From the NCBI GenBank assembly GCA_016927995.1, contig JAFGLO010000004.1, forward strand, positions 64,955 to 128,954: a stretch of DNA of 64,000 nt. Reading direction: 5' to 3'. The translations under genes were made by a program, and so were the position numbers. Below, in pieces: positions 29,001 to 38,764 of the stretch; position 1 is the first letter of the stretch, and each line of letters starts with the position of its first letter. A model generated the notes under the pieces. It made no database searches, was not told where the DNA came from, and saw nothing but the letters and a program-made list of their open reading frames with translations. Origin of the DNA: Candidatus Dojkabacteria bacterium. GTDB lineage: Bacteria; Patescibacteriota; Dojkabacteria; JAFGLO01.

Positions 29001-29193
29001 CGGTAAAACCGGTGCATATAATTGTCAACCTTTAGGGTATCATCTGCATTTTGAACTTAGATTGGATAGGGCTCAAAGTACTCATGTTGACCCTGTTCCT
29101 TATATAGATATTAATTGGAATGAAGTTATTACAAGTGGATCAGGTGTTTACCCGGGACGACTTACAGGAGATAATCCCCATCCGGAATACTAA
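26083..29193 (+). CDS. Large secreted protein with a C-terminal M23 (LytM-type) peptidase domain
   Basis: Signal peptide. The C-terminus has HKGIDFG...D...HLHFEL, which are the M23 HxxxD and HxH motifs. A long beta-rich middle region is Ig/FN3-like. It is 1036 aa. Confidence 0.8.
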   Translation: MWNMIKRFVVGILGFVIFTLLFISSVYADQVILPVYQDTYVEEGYPNAIVWDNRNLFLGYDSIWGKERTRIYIQFDFSLIPPILYSDTGRLQSVQIQLYQYQRQALGSYNFYLFQLLLPFLQGEVNWYTQPIVGELIGEFSFSESLAYQSIDITNWIIGFLQGGENNGFALVAVDEYSAGSIFWSDSCEVAGECAKPRLVINYDSNMPPLAGMVTSHDVYSITGENQTLLTWDTSTDPEGDSITYSVLQSAGSDFSSELVQYSGLSENNISLNLNSGSNFVKVLYCDPYRCTETNPIEIVLDDLSPGIPIANPLPPYVSGKSIEVSWQQSIDNYSNNVSYQVCYGYTSDLEDCQTTDWTGNLSFVINDIEIDGEMYFWVRAQDDFENISDWSNRGSTVVDNNSPVLGKLTILNSVISPSNPTSTGVLDEQVFEGDVFDVTLQEWRLFVMDQFHNVVFSVEGVGTSIEYMYQPVLPDGTYFAFLEATDLIGNTARSNIVSFRIDDTSPIISKINIDNAKIRTVASEYLTFSVSEESTCLVTLNSVTVGQAGLLNYAHGGNKLLLHCIDTAGNSVKQQLTINVDLIPPEAPLIQVISASLADIRLEVTAEIGSTVSVFVSGVKLTTVFMDVNVKKFSFAKIFYPSLDYEVRGFTVDLAGNQSPWSEKRMFKIPSLRELGIGGGEFILPQKEYSPTGECTITFSQSNNSYNVDCNLSAPYIRSVSRVNSGAVSGGVLEVSGKHIPTVNVNIIYKRCKKKSFLNPETWFSCIEETYFTETLKVEDSSSNSWIYGQLTSQPVNGFITSEKPNTEEFTLKYRVEDLNAKRLYRIKQHLFLTSYTSLGDYFGSFEFSRPSTWFLIPPEVSMSGSKYFSFMFSRLINVTQWHGYTAFQAPHKGIDFGSVLEPILAPADGTVEVIAWDSYGGECNSGGKILLIKHDNGMYSAYFHLENYLKSDGTVLVVGERVSRGQVIATSGKTGAYNCQPLGYHLHFELRLDRAQSTHVDPVPYIDINWNEVITSGSGVYPGRLTGDNPHPEY

Positions 29194-29345
29194 ATTATGA
29201 GGGTGTTTATATATAAATTAATTTACAATTTAACAAAAAATGTTAAGTCTATAGCGGACTTTATATATACTTCAATATTTGTTCAGTTTATGCTGGGAAC
29301 AGTTCTTGGGATAATCCTAGCCTTGATAATTTTATAAAAATCAAA

Positions 29346-30305
29346 ATGTCAGAAAACAAAAAACGGCTTTTATCTGTCGTATGGGCTTTGGGAATTGTAG
29401 TTATTGTAAGCTTTTTGTTGTACTCGACTGTATATCTTGTATCGTTTTTAATCAGGAGGGATTTAAACCCCGGTGAGGACTCCAACAATGTTCGTGTAAA
29501 GATCCTCAGTGATTATCAATTTGTTGGGTTCTTAACCGATGGAATTTTGGTTAAAGATTCTTCGGGAATTGGTTATCTGTGTAATGAAACCTGTGAAGAA
29601 ATTGTTTCCTCGGAGACAGATCTTATACGCGGAAGTGGTGACTACTTCGGATATTCGGGTGTTTTGGGTGGTAGTAGTCCCAATAATTTATATAATTATT
29701 ACCAAAGCATCTTTGTCTCAACGCTTGGCGGTGTTGTGTTTTCACTGCCTGATGAGCTTTTCTCGGATTTTATCATATGGGATGAAAGACTTTATCTTAT
29801 TACATATAAGGAGATCTCGAGTGCTACAGAAGATATTTCAACGATAAGAGTTTACGATATCGGAGACACGGGTCTTTTGTTCCTCGAAGAATTCTCAATT
29901 CAGCTTGAAGTTTCGGGGGATATTTTGAACGGTAACACGTTTTATACAGTGTTCCCGAGAGAGCCAATTGCTTATTTTCGTAATAATGATTCGGTACAAT
30001 CACTAGCATATACCGACGATTTTGTTCTACTAAGTGAAGACTTGTGTAGTGTAAGCGTCTTGGAACAAAAGTTAATGTGTGATCAGAATGAAACTAATCT
30101 TCCTAAGTTTGTCGATGCTGCAAGTCATGATGGCAAGTTATACTTGCTTTCAAGCGGTGATCAGGCAACGGTTGAACACCAATCGGTTAATGATATAAAC
30201 ATAACTAAAGTTTCCTTACCGGTTACCGACAGTGCTAAAATTTTCTGCTTATCTGATAAATGTGTTGTTCAGCAGTTTAACTTATTAACAATACTTGATT
30301 TTTAA
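29346..30305 (+). CDS. Hypothetical protein with an N-terminal TM anchor
   Basis: One N-terminal hydrophobic helix followed by about 280 aa with no recognisable motif. Confidence 0.5.
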   Translation: MSENKKRLLSVVWALGIVVIVSFLLYSTVYLVSFLIRRDLNPGEDSNNVRVKILSDYQFVGFLTDGILVKDSSGIGYLCNETCEEIVSSETDLIRGSGDYFGYSGVLGGSSPNNLYNYYQSIFVSTLGGVVFSLPDELFSDFIIWDERLYLITYKEISSATEDISTIRVYDIGDTGLLFLEEFSIQLEVSGDILNGNTFYTVFPREPIAYFRNNDSVQSLAYTDDFVLLSEDLCSVSVLEQKLMCDQNETNLPKFVDAASHDGKLYLLSSGDQATVEHQSVNDINITKVSLPVTDSAKIFCLSDKCVVQQFNLLTILDF

Positions 30306-30328
30306 TGATCAAACCTATATCCTAGAGT

Positions 30329-31171
30329 ATGAATCAAAAAGAGGCGAAAAAGGGATATAGGCGAAGAATGCAGATTGGGAAGGTAAGTATTTTTTATAGA
30401 GAACTTGGAAACGGCGGAGTCCCGGTTTTTTTGTTCCCGGGATTTCCATTTTCTTCAACCATTTTCCAGCCAATGATGCAAGAGCTTTCTCCAAGATATA
30501 AAACAATAGCCTTGGACTTTCCTTATTGGAGTGGGAGAACTGTTGTCGGAAGATTTCGTCCTAAAGTCTCAAAATATGCCAAGCTTGTGGCAAAGTTTGT
30601 TAAGAGTTTTAATTATGAAAAATATTACGTCATAGGGTACTCAATGGGTGGATTTATTTCACAATATGCACTTACTAAAGGATATATTAATCCGGAAAAG
30701 TTTGTTCTAATGTCTACCTTTATGGACGGTTCAGCACTTGCATTTAGCAGGATTCAAAAGGAGATTATTAAATTTGTTTCTCGAAAGGGTATAAGTTCAT
30801 ACTTCAAAGGATATGCGTCCTTTTTCCTCATGATGTATTTTACTGTGTCCTCTGTATCGGAATTTAAATATTTTGAAGAAAGTTTTCGACTAAAAGACCT
30901 GATGACAGATTTTTTGAAGATGGATATTGTAAAAACAGTTAAACTTCTTGAGAATATCCAAAAGATTAAGATTAATATGAATAAGTTCCCGAAGATTGAA
31001 TATTTATCGGTTTATGCCGAAAAAGATCATGAATATGTTATTGAGCAAATGAAGTATATGGCCAGAAAACTAAATATTGATTCAGTACTTGTTCCGGGAT
31101 CGGGTCATGCTCATGCATTCTTTAATTACAAAATTGCATCTCGTTACATAAAACTTTTTTTTGATCGATGA
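30329..31171 (+). CDS. Alpha/beta hydrolase
   Basis: GYSMGG nucleophile elbow. A candidate catalytic His lies near the C-terminus (GSGHAH). Confidence 0.7.
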   Translation: MNQKEAKKGYRRRMQIGKVSIFYRELGNGGVPVFLFPGFPFSSTIFQPMMQELSPRYKTIALDFPYWSGRTVVGRFRPKVSKYAKLVAKFVKSFNYEKYYVIGYSMGGFISQYALTKGYINPEKFVLMSTFMDGSALAFSRIQKEIIKFVSRKGISSYFKGYASFFLMMYFTVSSVSEFKYFEESFRLKDLMTDFLKMDIVKTVKLLENIQKIKINMNKFPKIEYLSVYAEKDHEYVIEQMKYMARKLNIDSVLVPGSGHAHAFFNYKIASRYIKLFFDR

Positions 31172-32223
31172 ACCTTATTTATATAACCAAAGAATCGAAT
31201 CTGTATTCCGGTTGCGGAATGGTTATTTCTGAACTTATAAAAGGATTTTCCGGGGAACATAATATCACCCTTATATGCCCTACCGGTACTCTACAAGCTT
31301 GGGCGAATAAGTTTGGAAAAACCATTAAACATGTTCGTTCCGACCTTAATCTGTTTGATCTGTTTCGTGTTAGGCGGGGCATTCCGCTTAAATCGACTAT
31401 TCATATTCATGGGATCTCGAGCCTGATATTTGGGATTTTTTGTGGGTTGGGTCGTACACGCAACTTATTTTACACAGAGCATTTGTGGACAAATGATTTA
31501 AAGCTGCCAAGTTTTATATCCGGATTTTTCCAGAAATTAGCATTACTTTTTTTGTCACCAATGGTTAAAAAGATTGTTTGCGTCTCGAAGAGCGTAAAAA
31601 AGTTTTTTGAAGCTCATGGTGTTTCCTCAAATAAACTTGTAGTGATTTACAACTCCGTACCGACTCCCCAAGAGGTTGTTACGCATTCCCCGAAGGAAGA
31701 GCTCATTATTTCGACAGTAGGCAATTTTAGTTTTTCTAAGGGGTATAACAATCTTGCGGAAGTTATTGACCTAATCCCTGCATCGATTCCGATTAAAGTC
31801 TGTATTGCAGGTTCGGGCAGTGAACTTAATAACTTTAAGAATCTGATAAAAGATTTGGGTATTGAAACCCGATTCGAGCTAATGGGTCAGGTACCAAGTG
31901 TTACAAACCTTCTTCTAAATTCAGATGTTTATATCCAGACGTCAATATCTGAGAGTTTTGGACTTGGGATTGCACAGGCGTTGTCGGTAGGACTTCCGGT
32001 TGTTGCATATAAAGTTGGCGGAATTCCGGAGGTTGTTCAAGACAACAAAAATGGATATTTAACAAGACTTAACGATACAATTGATTTTGCTCATAAACTT
32101 AAAACACTCTTGACCGACAATGAATTAAGAACTGAATTTGGTAAACATGGAATTATGTCTATGAAAAAGTTTAGCAGTGATAAGTTTCTGCGAAAACACA
32201 ATGCTGTTTACGGACTTTTATAA
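31168..32223 (+). CDS. Glycosyltransferase family 4 (GT-B)
   Basis: SESFGLG...A and GGIPEVV, the EX7E-like signature of GT4. The start overlaps the upstream stop (ATGA). Confidence 0.8.
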   Translation: MNLIYITKESNLYSGCGMVISELIKGFSGEHNITLICPTGTLQAWANKFGKTIKHVRSDLNLFDLFRVRRGIPLKSTIHIHGISSLIFGIFCGLGRTRNLFYTEHLWTNDLKLPSFISGFFQKLALLFLSPMVKKIVCVSKSVKKFFEAHGVSSNKLVVIYNSVPTPQEVVTHSPKEELIISTVGNFSFSKGYNNLAEVIDLIPASIPIKVCIAGSGSELNNFKNLIKDLGIETRFELMGQVPSVTNLLLNSDVYIQTSISESFGLGIAQALSVGLPVVAYKVGGIPEVVQDNKNGYLTRLNDTIDFAHKLKTLLTDNELRTEFGKHGIMSMKKFSSDKFLRKHNAVYGLL

Positions 32224-33440
32224 ACAAGTTTCTTTATAACGTAGTAGGCCGATGCTATTGATACTATTCCTTCTGCTATTACAAAGGTTACACTCGCTCC
32301 GGTTGCTCCAAATAGCTGACACAAAATAGTTCCGACAAATATATTTACAATAATGGACGTGACTGAAAATACAAGATAAATCTTGGCTTTATTAAATGAG
32401 ATTAGTGTGTAACCCCAAAGATGCTGCCAAAATACGAATGGGATTCCTAATGTTATTACTCTTAGTGGTATTACACTCTCCATATATTCCGATCCGTTTA
32501 TAAAGTCTATTATGGGGTTGGAGAAAATATAGATGGCCAAACTTATTCCCAGGCCTAGAATACTTAATACAATTATTGCATATAAAAATATTTTTTTAAG
32601 GTTTTGGATCTTTTTTATGTTTCTTGCGATTTCCGGAAATATTGGTGTCATAATTAGTCCCGGAATAACTGTTGCCAGTGTAAGAATTTTTTGTGCTGCA
32701 GAATAGATCCCAACCTCGTAGGCATTGCTGGTTATATCAAGAATTGCTTTATTAAGTTCGTGTGTTAAATAGTGCAAAGTAATTACAATCCCAATAAGGA
32801 TAGATTGTTTTAGTAGCTTGCTAATAATTATTTTGTCCGGTTTTATGAAAGGTGGAATATGGGTTTTGTAAATAATAAAATCGACAAAAAACCATACTAT
32901 TGCCGCTAACGATGTTGCAATAATAAAAGTGGTGGATGTATAAGTAAAATAACGTACAATTATAAAAAACAGAACATATTTAACTCCGGCAACTGCCACC
33001 TCGGAGATTGCTTTTGCGGAAAGATTGTTATCAACCTGTTGAAGCACGTCAATTGGTGCTTTTAAAAGACCCATCAAAACTAATACCGGGCCCATTAAAA
33101 GCCCTGATGCAAATCCAACATAATTGTGAATAAAAGGAGTGATGATAAGTACAATGCAAAATGCGAAAGCAAAAATTAACAATCTTAAGTATAATGAGTT
33201 CCAGAAATACGTTGCACGGTTCTTGGGCTTTTGACTAATATCTCTTGCTGTTATCGAATTTTGACCAAGATCTGATATGTTTTGAATCAAAAGAAGATAA
33301 AAGGTTACAAGATTAAAAATTCCAAGCTCGGCAGGCATTAATGCATGATTCATTGCCTGTGCAGCTAAAAACGAAAACAAAAAATAAAATCCGTTTGCAA
33401 AGAGTAAAACGATAATATTTTTTGATATTTTCTTGAACAC
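32208..33440 (-). CDS. Polysaccharide flippase-like membrane protein (MOP/Wzx family)
   Basis: 410 aa with about 12 TM helices and typical Wzx topology. It lies next to the glycosyltransferase genes. Confidence 0.7.
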   Translation of the reverse strand: MFKKISKNIIVLLFANGFYFLFSFLAAQAMNHALMPAELGIFNLVTFYLLLIQNISDLGQNSITARDISQKPKNRATYFWNSLYLRLLIFAFAFCIVLIITPFIHNYVGFASGLLMGPVLVLMGLLKAPIDVLQQVDNNLSAKAISEVAVAGVKYVLFFIIVRYFTYTSTTFIIATSLAAIVWFFVDFIIYKTHIPPFIKPDKIIISKLLKQSILIGIVITLHYLTHELNKAILDITSNAYEVGIYSAAQKILTLATVIPGLIMTPIFPEIARNIKKIQNLKKIFLYAIIVLSILGLGISLAIYIFSNPIIDFINGSEYMESVIPLRVITLGIPFVFWQHLWGYTLISFNKAKIYLVFSVTSIIVNIFVGTILCQLFGATGASVTFVIAEGIVSIASAYYVIKKLVYKSP

Positions 33441-33454
33441 GATTTTTCCCGGAA

Positions 33455-33700
33455 CTTATAATCCATTATACAGTGAAATAGTGAAGCAGTGAAACAGTAA
33501 AGTAATACTCTGGAAGCCCGATATGTGAGCAGAGATTCGCCTTAACAAGAAAGCAAAAGAGATAAAGGGTTCACTTCGAACATAGGAATCGACGGAAGCT
33601 TAAGCAGTGAAGTAGTGAAACAGTGAAGTATTCCTCTCCGGAAGATACCTATGAGAGAAGTGCCAGGCTTTGACAACAGATTAAATAAAAAATATACTAT
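33455..33700. repeat. Modular intergenic repeat element (8-bp periodic CAGTGAAG arrays plus a conserved core)
   Basis: It contains cagtgaaa-tagtgaag-cagtgaaa-cagtaaag, the core GGTTCACTTCGAACATAGGAATCGACGGAAGCTTAAGCAGTGAAG, and CTCCGGAAGATACCTATGAGAGAAGTG. Related modules occur at 45630-45730, 46440-46795, 53930-54090 and 54781-54860. Confidence 0.8.
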
Positions 33701-33721
33701 TGCACAACATTTTATAAAACC

Positions 33722-34888
33722 TTGTACATGAAAAAAACTTTGTCGATTGTGTTTCTTGCTATTATTTTCTGGACAGGATTTGCCAATGTTATAGTTGCAT
33801 CAAATGTAGAATCTTCCTTAAATGAGGAAACCTTATCCGAGGCGGAGGTTTCTTCAAATACTTCTGTTGTTGAAACGCTTGAAGGCAAGGTGATATCAAT
33901 CATTGATCAACAGGAAACAGAGGATGGTTTCTCTCAAACCCTTGAAATCGAGATAACGAAGGGTTCACAAAAAGGCGATACTGTAACCGTTGAAAATAGT
34001 AGTACGGTTTCTTTAACTTCTGTTCGATACAAAATTTCCGATAAAATCCAACTTGAATATAATGAACTTAATGGTCAGTCATATTATTTTATTGTTGGTT
34101 ATGTTAGAAGAGGCACGGTAATACTTCTAACCCTGATTTTTGTCGCATTTGTAGTTATTATCGGCGGTTTAACCGGAGTCAGGTCGATAATCTCTCTCGT
34201 TTTAAGTTTTGTTATTATATTTAGTTATACGCTTCCGCAGATTTATAATGGCAAAGATCCTTTGTTTGTTTCAATAATTACTGCGGTTCTATGTATTCCC
34301 ATAACGTTTTATGTTGCACACGGCTTTAAAAGGAAAACAACAGTTGCTGTTATAAGTACTATCGTAACATTAGTTTTAACGGTTATTTTGGCTCAGCTTT
34401 TTATTAGTGCAACTCATCTTACCGGATTAGGTACCGAGGATGCTGCACTTTTACTAACATTTAAGGGCGGCGATATCGATGTGAAATCGTTAATAATTGC
34501 CGGTATTGTTATTAGTGTCATTGGTGTAATAGATGATATAGCTATTGCACAAGTTGGTTTTGTTGAAAGTATAAAAAAGAGTAATCCCAAGATAAAAACG
34601 GAGGAACTTTATAAACAGTCCATTCAGATGGGGCGTGACCACATTGCATCCATGATTAATACACTAGTTCTTGTATATGCAGGTGGATCTTTGAGTACAC
34701 TTCTTTTAATAATCGACAATCCCAAACCGATTTCCGAATTTATAAACTACGAGTTTCTTGTAGATCAAATAGTAAGAACCCTTGTAGGAAGTCTTGGGCT
34801 TGTAATTGGTGTTCCAATAACAACCTTTGCTGCAATGGTTGCTTATGACGATAATATACCTAAAGAAAAAAATGAAGCTGGATTTTAA
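33722..34888 (+). CDS. YibE/F-family membrane protein
   Basis: Multi-TM protein with the GRDHIASMINTLVLVYAGGSLS segment characteristic of YibE/F. Confidence 0.65.
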   Translation: MYMKKTLSIVFLAIIFWTGFANVIVASNVESSLNEETLSEAEVSSNTSVVETLEGKVISIIDQQETEDGFSQTLEIEITKGSQKGDTVTVENSSTVSLTSVRYKISDKIQLEYNELNGQSYYFIVGYVRRGTVILLTLIFVAFVVIIGGLTGVRSIISLVLSFVIIFSYTLPQIYNGKDPLFVSIITAVLCIPITFYVAHGFKRKTTVAVISTIVTLVLTVILAQLFISATHLTGLGTEDAALLLTFKGGDIDVKSLIIAGIVISVIGVIDDIAIAQVGFVESIKKSNPKIKTEELYKQSIQMGRDHIASMINTLVLVYAGGSLSTLLLIIDNPKPISEFINYEFLVDQIVRTLVGSLGLVIGVPITTFAAMVAYDDNIPKEKNEAGF

Positions 34889-36005
34889 AAGGTTTTTAAA
34901 CGACAAACTTCTTAAACGATTAATAATTGCGGTGCTGGTTCTAATTTTCGGATACGTGTTTACGCTTACTCCCATTGGAGATTTTTGGCTCAAAGCGGAT
35001 TCCGAGTCATCCTACATTTATGGAACAATTGTTTCAGTCGAAGAAAATATTATCTGTCCCGATGGAATAAACAACAGTTGCAACGAATACATTGTAGATA
35101 GTTTTGGAGATTTAGGTGAAGTTTCCTTCGTTGAGGATCCTCAAAATAGTTATCGGTTAAATGCATTGGACTTATCTGTTGGCACGAAAGTTGCATTATA
35201 TAAGGGTGCCGGCTCGGACTTGTTTTTTTATGATGTTTATCGAGTACCTTACCTTGCAATGCTTGGAATAATTCTTGTTGCCGTACTTATTTTTATATCG
35301 GGAATTCAAGGATTTAACTCACTTTTGGCGCTTATTCTATCCACAATAATTGTGCTTGCATTGGGAATATCACTTATTGGTAAAGGAGTTCATCCTTTCT
35401 GGGTCATTTCAATTGTAGGATTTCTTGTCATATTTATAACTACATTTGGCGGACACGGATTTAACAATCGATCACTTGTTGCTTTTGTATCTTCACTTCT
35501 GGTTTTATGGTTTGCCTATTTTATGGCTGTATGGTTTTCTTCCTTTGCACGGCTTACAGGATATCCATACCAGCGGGCATCATATCTTATTCAAGATATT
35601 GGCTTGTATTCAAATCTTTCTCATATACTTCACGTGAGCTTTGTGGTTGGCGTGTTAGGGCTTCTTGATGACGTAACGATGAGTCAGATAAACGTAACTT
35701 ACGAAATAATGCAAAATTCTAAATTCAAGCGAAATGTATTTAAAGTTTTTGCACAGTCTATGCGTACAGGAAATGACCACATTGCATCGATGGTAAACAC
35801 GTTAAGTTTTGCATATATTTCAAGCGCATTCGCCGAGATAATGTGGTATGTCCTTGATGGATGGACACTTAAAGAGATATTCACTCCGGAATTTCTTGCA
35901 GAAGAGTGTGTTAGAACAATTGTGGGAAGTATAGCAATTGTGCTTATTATCCCTGTTGCAACAATGCTGGCTGCACTTTGGTTTAAAGACTCAACCCGTA
36001 ATTAA
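34872..36005 (+). CDS. YibE/F-family membrane protein, tandem paralog
   Basis: Same architecture and the TGNDHIASMVNTLSFAYIS motif. It overlaps the upstream gene end. Confidence 0.65.
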   Translation: MKLDFKRFLNDKLLKRLIIAVLVLIFGYVFTLTPIGDFWLKADSESSYIYGTIVSVEENIICPDGINNSCNEYIVDSFGDLGEVSFVEDPQNSYRLNALDLSVGTKVALYKGAGSDLFFYDVYRVPYLAMLGIILVAVLIFISGIQGFNSLLALILSTIIVLALGISLIGKGVHPFWVISIVGFLVIFITTFGGHGFNNRSLVAFVSSLLVLWFAYFMAVWFSSFARLTGYPYQRASYLIQDIGLYSNLSHILHVSFVVGVLGLLDDVTMSQINVTYEIMQNSKFKRNVFKVFAQSMRTGNDHIASMVNTLSFAYISSAFAEIMWYVLDGWTLKEIFTPEFLAEECVRTIVGSIAIVLIIPVATMLAALWFKDSTRN

Positions 36006-36872
36006 GGCTTTGCCTATATCACCTTCCCGAAGAATATTTAAAGTACCATCCGAAAGTATCTCTACAATAGTTGAAGGCTTATTCTTAATTTTGGTTTTTG
36101 GATCCTTAATTACAAGATCGACTTTGTCGATTATTTTGGGGTCAATCTCGTTAAAGCCTCCCGGTGGGGGAGCTCCTTTCTCGTTTGCAGATGAGGCAAC
36201 AATAGGTTCTCCAACCTTACGGATAAGTTCCCTCGTAAATGTATGATTCGGGAGTCGAACTCCAATTGTTTGAGCCTTTCTGTTTAGGATAGCTTTAGGG
36301 TACAGTTCGGGACTTCCAACTGGAACAATAATTGTAAGTTGTCCCGGCCAGAATTCGCCCATGAGCCGGTCGAGTACGGGAGATCTAAGCGGTGTTATTC
36401 TTAGCATTTCTTCTTTGTCTGCAATAAGAATTGCTGTTGGTTGTAGTTTTGACCGTTTTTTGGCTTTGTAGAGTTTGTCTATTGCTTTTTCACTATATAA
36501 CCTGCAGCCAATTCCATAAACTGTATCGGTTGGAAAGATTAAAAGCTTGTTATTTAGTAAAAGCTCGGTTGCTAACTCGAGTGCTCTGGTTTTGTCATAG
36601 GGTATTACCTTGTGAACTCGTTTTAATTCCTTAAGCTTCCACAAGAATAAAGCAACCGTGTTTTCCCGTTTAGGGTAGTCGGATACAAAGCGCATTGCGG
36701 CTTCCAAAAGGTCTGATCGTTCTTTCATTGCAAGGCGAATATATGTTGACTTGTTTTGGGGATCGTTAAGAGTTGCCGCGATATGAAGCCCAATTGATTG
36801 ATAATCTTGTGTTACATAACGTTTTTGTTGCCGTTCTTTAAAGTCGGGCAAAATGTTAGATATTTTTTTCAT
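35991..36872 (-). CDS. tsaC: L-threonylcarbamoyladenylate synthase (TsaC/YrdC/Sua5 family) with an N-terminal extension
   Basis: YrdC-domain motifs LIFPTDTVYGIGC and SSANEKG. An extra roughly 90 aa sits at the N-terminus. Confidence 0.78.
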   Translation of the reverse strand: MKKISNILPDFKERQQKRYVTQDYQSIGLHIAATLNDPQNKSTYIRLAMKERSDLLEAAMRFVSDYPKRENTVALFLWKLKELKRVHKVIPYDKTRALELATELLLNNKLLIFPTDTVYGIGCRLYSEKAIDKLYKAKKRSKLQPTAILIADKEEMLRITPLRSPVLDRLMGEFWPGQLTIIVPVGSPELYPKAILNRKAQTIGVRLPNHTFTRELIRKVGEPIVASSANEKGAPPPGGFNEIDPKIIDKVDLVIKDPKTKIKNKPSTIVEILSDGTLNILREGDIGKALITG

Positions 36873-36942
36873 GATTTTGTGTTGTTTGTCGGGTATGAGA
36901 CTGTAGGGGCGGTTTTTAAACCCGTCCCTACGGTCTTTGTTT

Positions 36943-37953
36943 TTAATATCGTAATCCTATTATGTCTCTTGTCTTTTCAACGATTTCGTTGCTTATTGTG
37001 CGCACTTTTTTTGTACCTTCATGTAAGACATCCATTACGAAATCGGGTTTCTTTTCAAGTTCTGTGCGCTTTTGTCGGATTGGTGTTAAGAATTCGTCAA
37101 GTGCATTAAACAGTTTTTCTTTTACCTCTACATCACCCACGGTGCCTTTTGTGTATCTTTCCTTAAGTTCGGCTACCTCTGACTTATTTGGGTTAAATGC
37201 ATCATGATAAATAAATACCGGGTTTCCTTCAACTTTTCCGGGATCCGTGGCCTTTATTCTACTTGGATCAGTATACATTTTCATGACTTTCGCTTTTACG
37301 GTTTCGGAATCATCTGACAAATATATGCAATTTCCAATGCTTTTACTCATTTTACCCTGTCCGTCAGTACCAGGTAATCGTCCCAAATTAGTTACTTTGG
37401 CTTTTGGTTCATGAAAGAAGTCTGTTTTATACATCTTGTTAAATTTGCGGACAATGTCACGAGTTAATTCTACATGTGGAACTTGGTCTTCGCCAACGGG
37501 AACCAGATCGGCATTTACACACATTATGTCGGCTACCTGATGTACCGGGTACACATAGAATCCAAGTGGTGTACTATCTTTGAAAGCTTCTTTGGTTTGA
37601 CTTTTTTCGGCGAGTTCAGTTTTTATTGTTGGATTATGCGACAGCTGTTCTATAGATACGAAGTTTGCAAAATATATAAAAAGCTCTGCGATTGCAGGAA
37701 TTTGCGATTGTATAAATATTGTAGATTTGGTAGGGTCGATTCCCACTGCCATATAGTCGAGAGCTAGCTCAAACACATTTTCTTGGACTTTTTTAGGGTT
37801 GTCAAAGTTGTCTGTTAAAGCTTGAATGTCAGCTACAATTACAAACTGCTCATATTCATCTTGAAGCTCGACTCGCTGCAAGAGTGAACCTACATAATGG
37901 CCCAAATGGAGTTTTCCTGTTGGTCGGTCGCCAGTGAGTATTCGCTTTTTCAT
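36943..37953 (-). CDS. trpS: Tryptophan--tRNA ligase
   Basis: [16 protein letters not shown] (HIGH-type) and KMSKS motifs. It is 336 aa. Confidence 0.95.
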   Translation of the reverse strand: MKKRILTGDRPTGKLHLGHYVGSLLQRVELQDEYEQFVIVADIQALTDNFDNPKKVQENVFELALDYMAVGIDPTKSTIFIQSQIPAIAELFIYFANFVSIEQLSHNPTIKTELAEKSQTKEAFKDSTPLGFYVYPVHQVADIMCVNADLVPVGEDQVPHVELTRDIVRKFNKMYKTDFFHEPKAKVTNLGRLPGTDGQGKMSKSIGNCIYLSDDSETVKAKVMKMYTDPSRIKATDPGKVEGNPVFIYHDAFNPNKSEVAELKERYTKGTVGDVEVKEKLFNALDEFLTPIRQKRTELEKKPDFVMDVLHEGTKKVRTISNEIVEKTRDIIGLRY

Positions 37954-38062
37954 TGTTGCTTTGCAAAGTTATTTTGTTCTTAAGTATAGCAGATATATCG
38001 ATAGTATTGAAAATTTTGAGTGGAGTCATATCACTTGGCCGATTGAAGTGATGATAGAGTGC

Positions 38063-38695
38063 CTAATCTTTAGTTGCGGGTTGTTCAGGTCGAAGAACCC
38101 TAAAGACATCAAGAACTAAATTTCCCGGAACTTGCATTACAATGCCACACGATTTCGATGTATCGGTTGGTCGTATTCCAATATTTGCTATAACTCTTTT
38201 GTCAAATACAGTCTCGTTTCTTACGGCTCTCATTGCATTCATAAGTTCATCTCTATTGTGTGAGGATGACACAATCCCGTCATCAGGATTAACTTTATAA
38301 CCTTTATCTGGAGAGAAGTTACCGAAATGAAGAACAAATGTTCCTCTGGCTATATAGGCGTCTGCCTGATCCTGCATGGGAGTATCGGCTATGTTTGAGA
38401 CTCCGTCTCTAAGTGAATTAACTGCTTCACCCTGAATATGCGTAAGGACTGTGTGTAAGATGAGCGAAAAGGTTGGGCTATTACCGAGCCTTTTATATAG
38501 ATTCTGAAACAAAATGCCGAGCGGTGTTTTATCTATAAGTTGAAGAGTTTGAGCTATTTCGGGTCTAACCAGTTCTGCCTGAATAGCTTCTTGCAATTGA
38601 GCTAATTCACTTTGCTCACCTTGCAAGGTGAGATAATCTAACAGCTCGGGTGTTATTCCGAGACGCGTGTATGCGTCTTGGGTAGCAGTTCTCAT
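38063..38695 (-). CDS. Hypothetical protein
   Basis: 210 aa with somewhat higher GC than the neighbours. No motif recognised. Confidence 0.45.
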   Translation of the reverse strand: MRTATQDAYTRLGITPELLDYLTLQGEQSELAQLQEAIQAELVRPEIAQTLQLIDKTPLGILFQNLYKRLGNSPTFSLILHTVLTHIQGEAVNSLRDGVSNIADTPMQDQADAYIARGTFVLHFGNFSPDKGYKVNPDDGIVSSSHNRDELMNAMRAVRNETVFDKRVIANIGIRPTDTSKSCGIVMQVPGNLVLDVFRVLRPEQPATKD

Positions 38696-38764
38696 AATCT
38701 AACATGCGACAAAAGTTAATGCCGTATTATATCACAATTTCGGGGCTGGGTAAAGATTGTTTTA

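Noticed and set aside
33455-33700. Possible CRISPR array (short direct repeats CAGTGAAG)
   Set aside because: Units are only 8 bp and directly abutting, with no unique spacers of 25-40 bp. This is a microsatellite-like periodic array, not CRISPR. No cas genes in the window.
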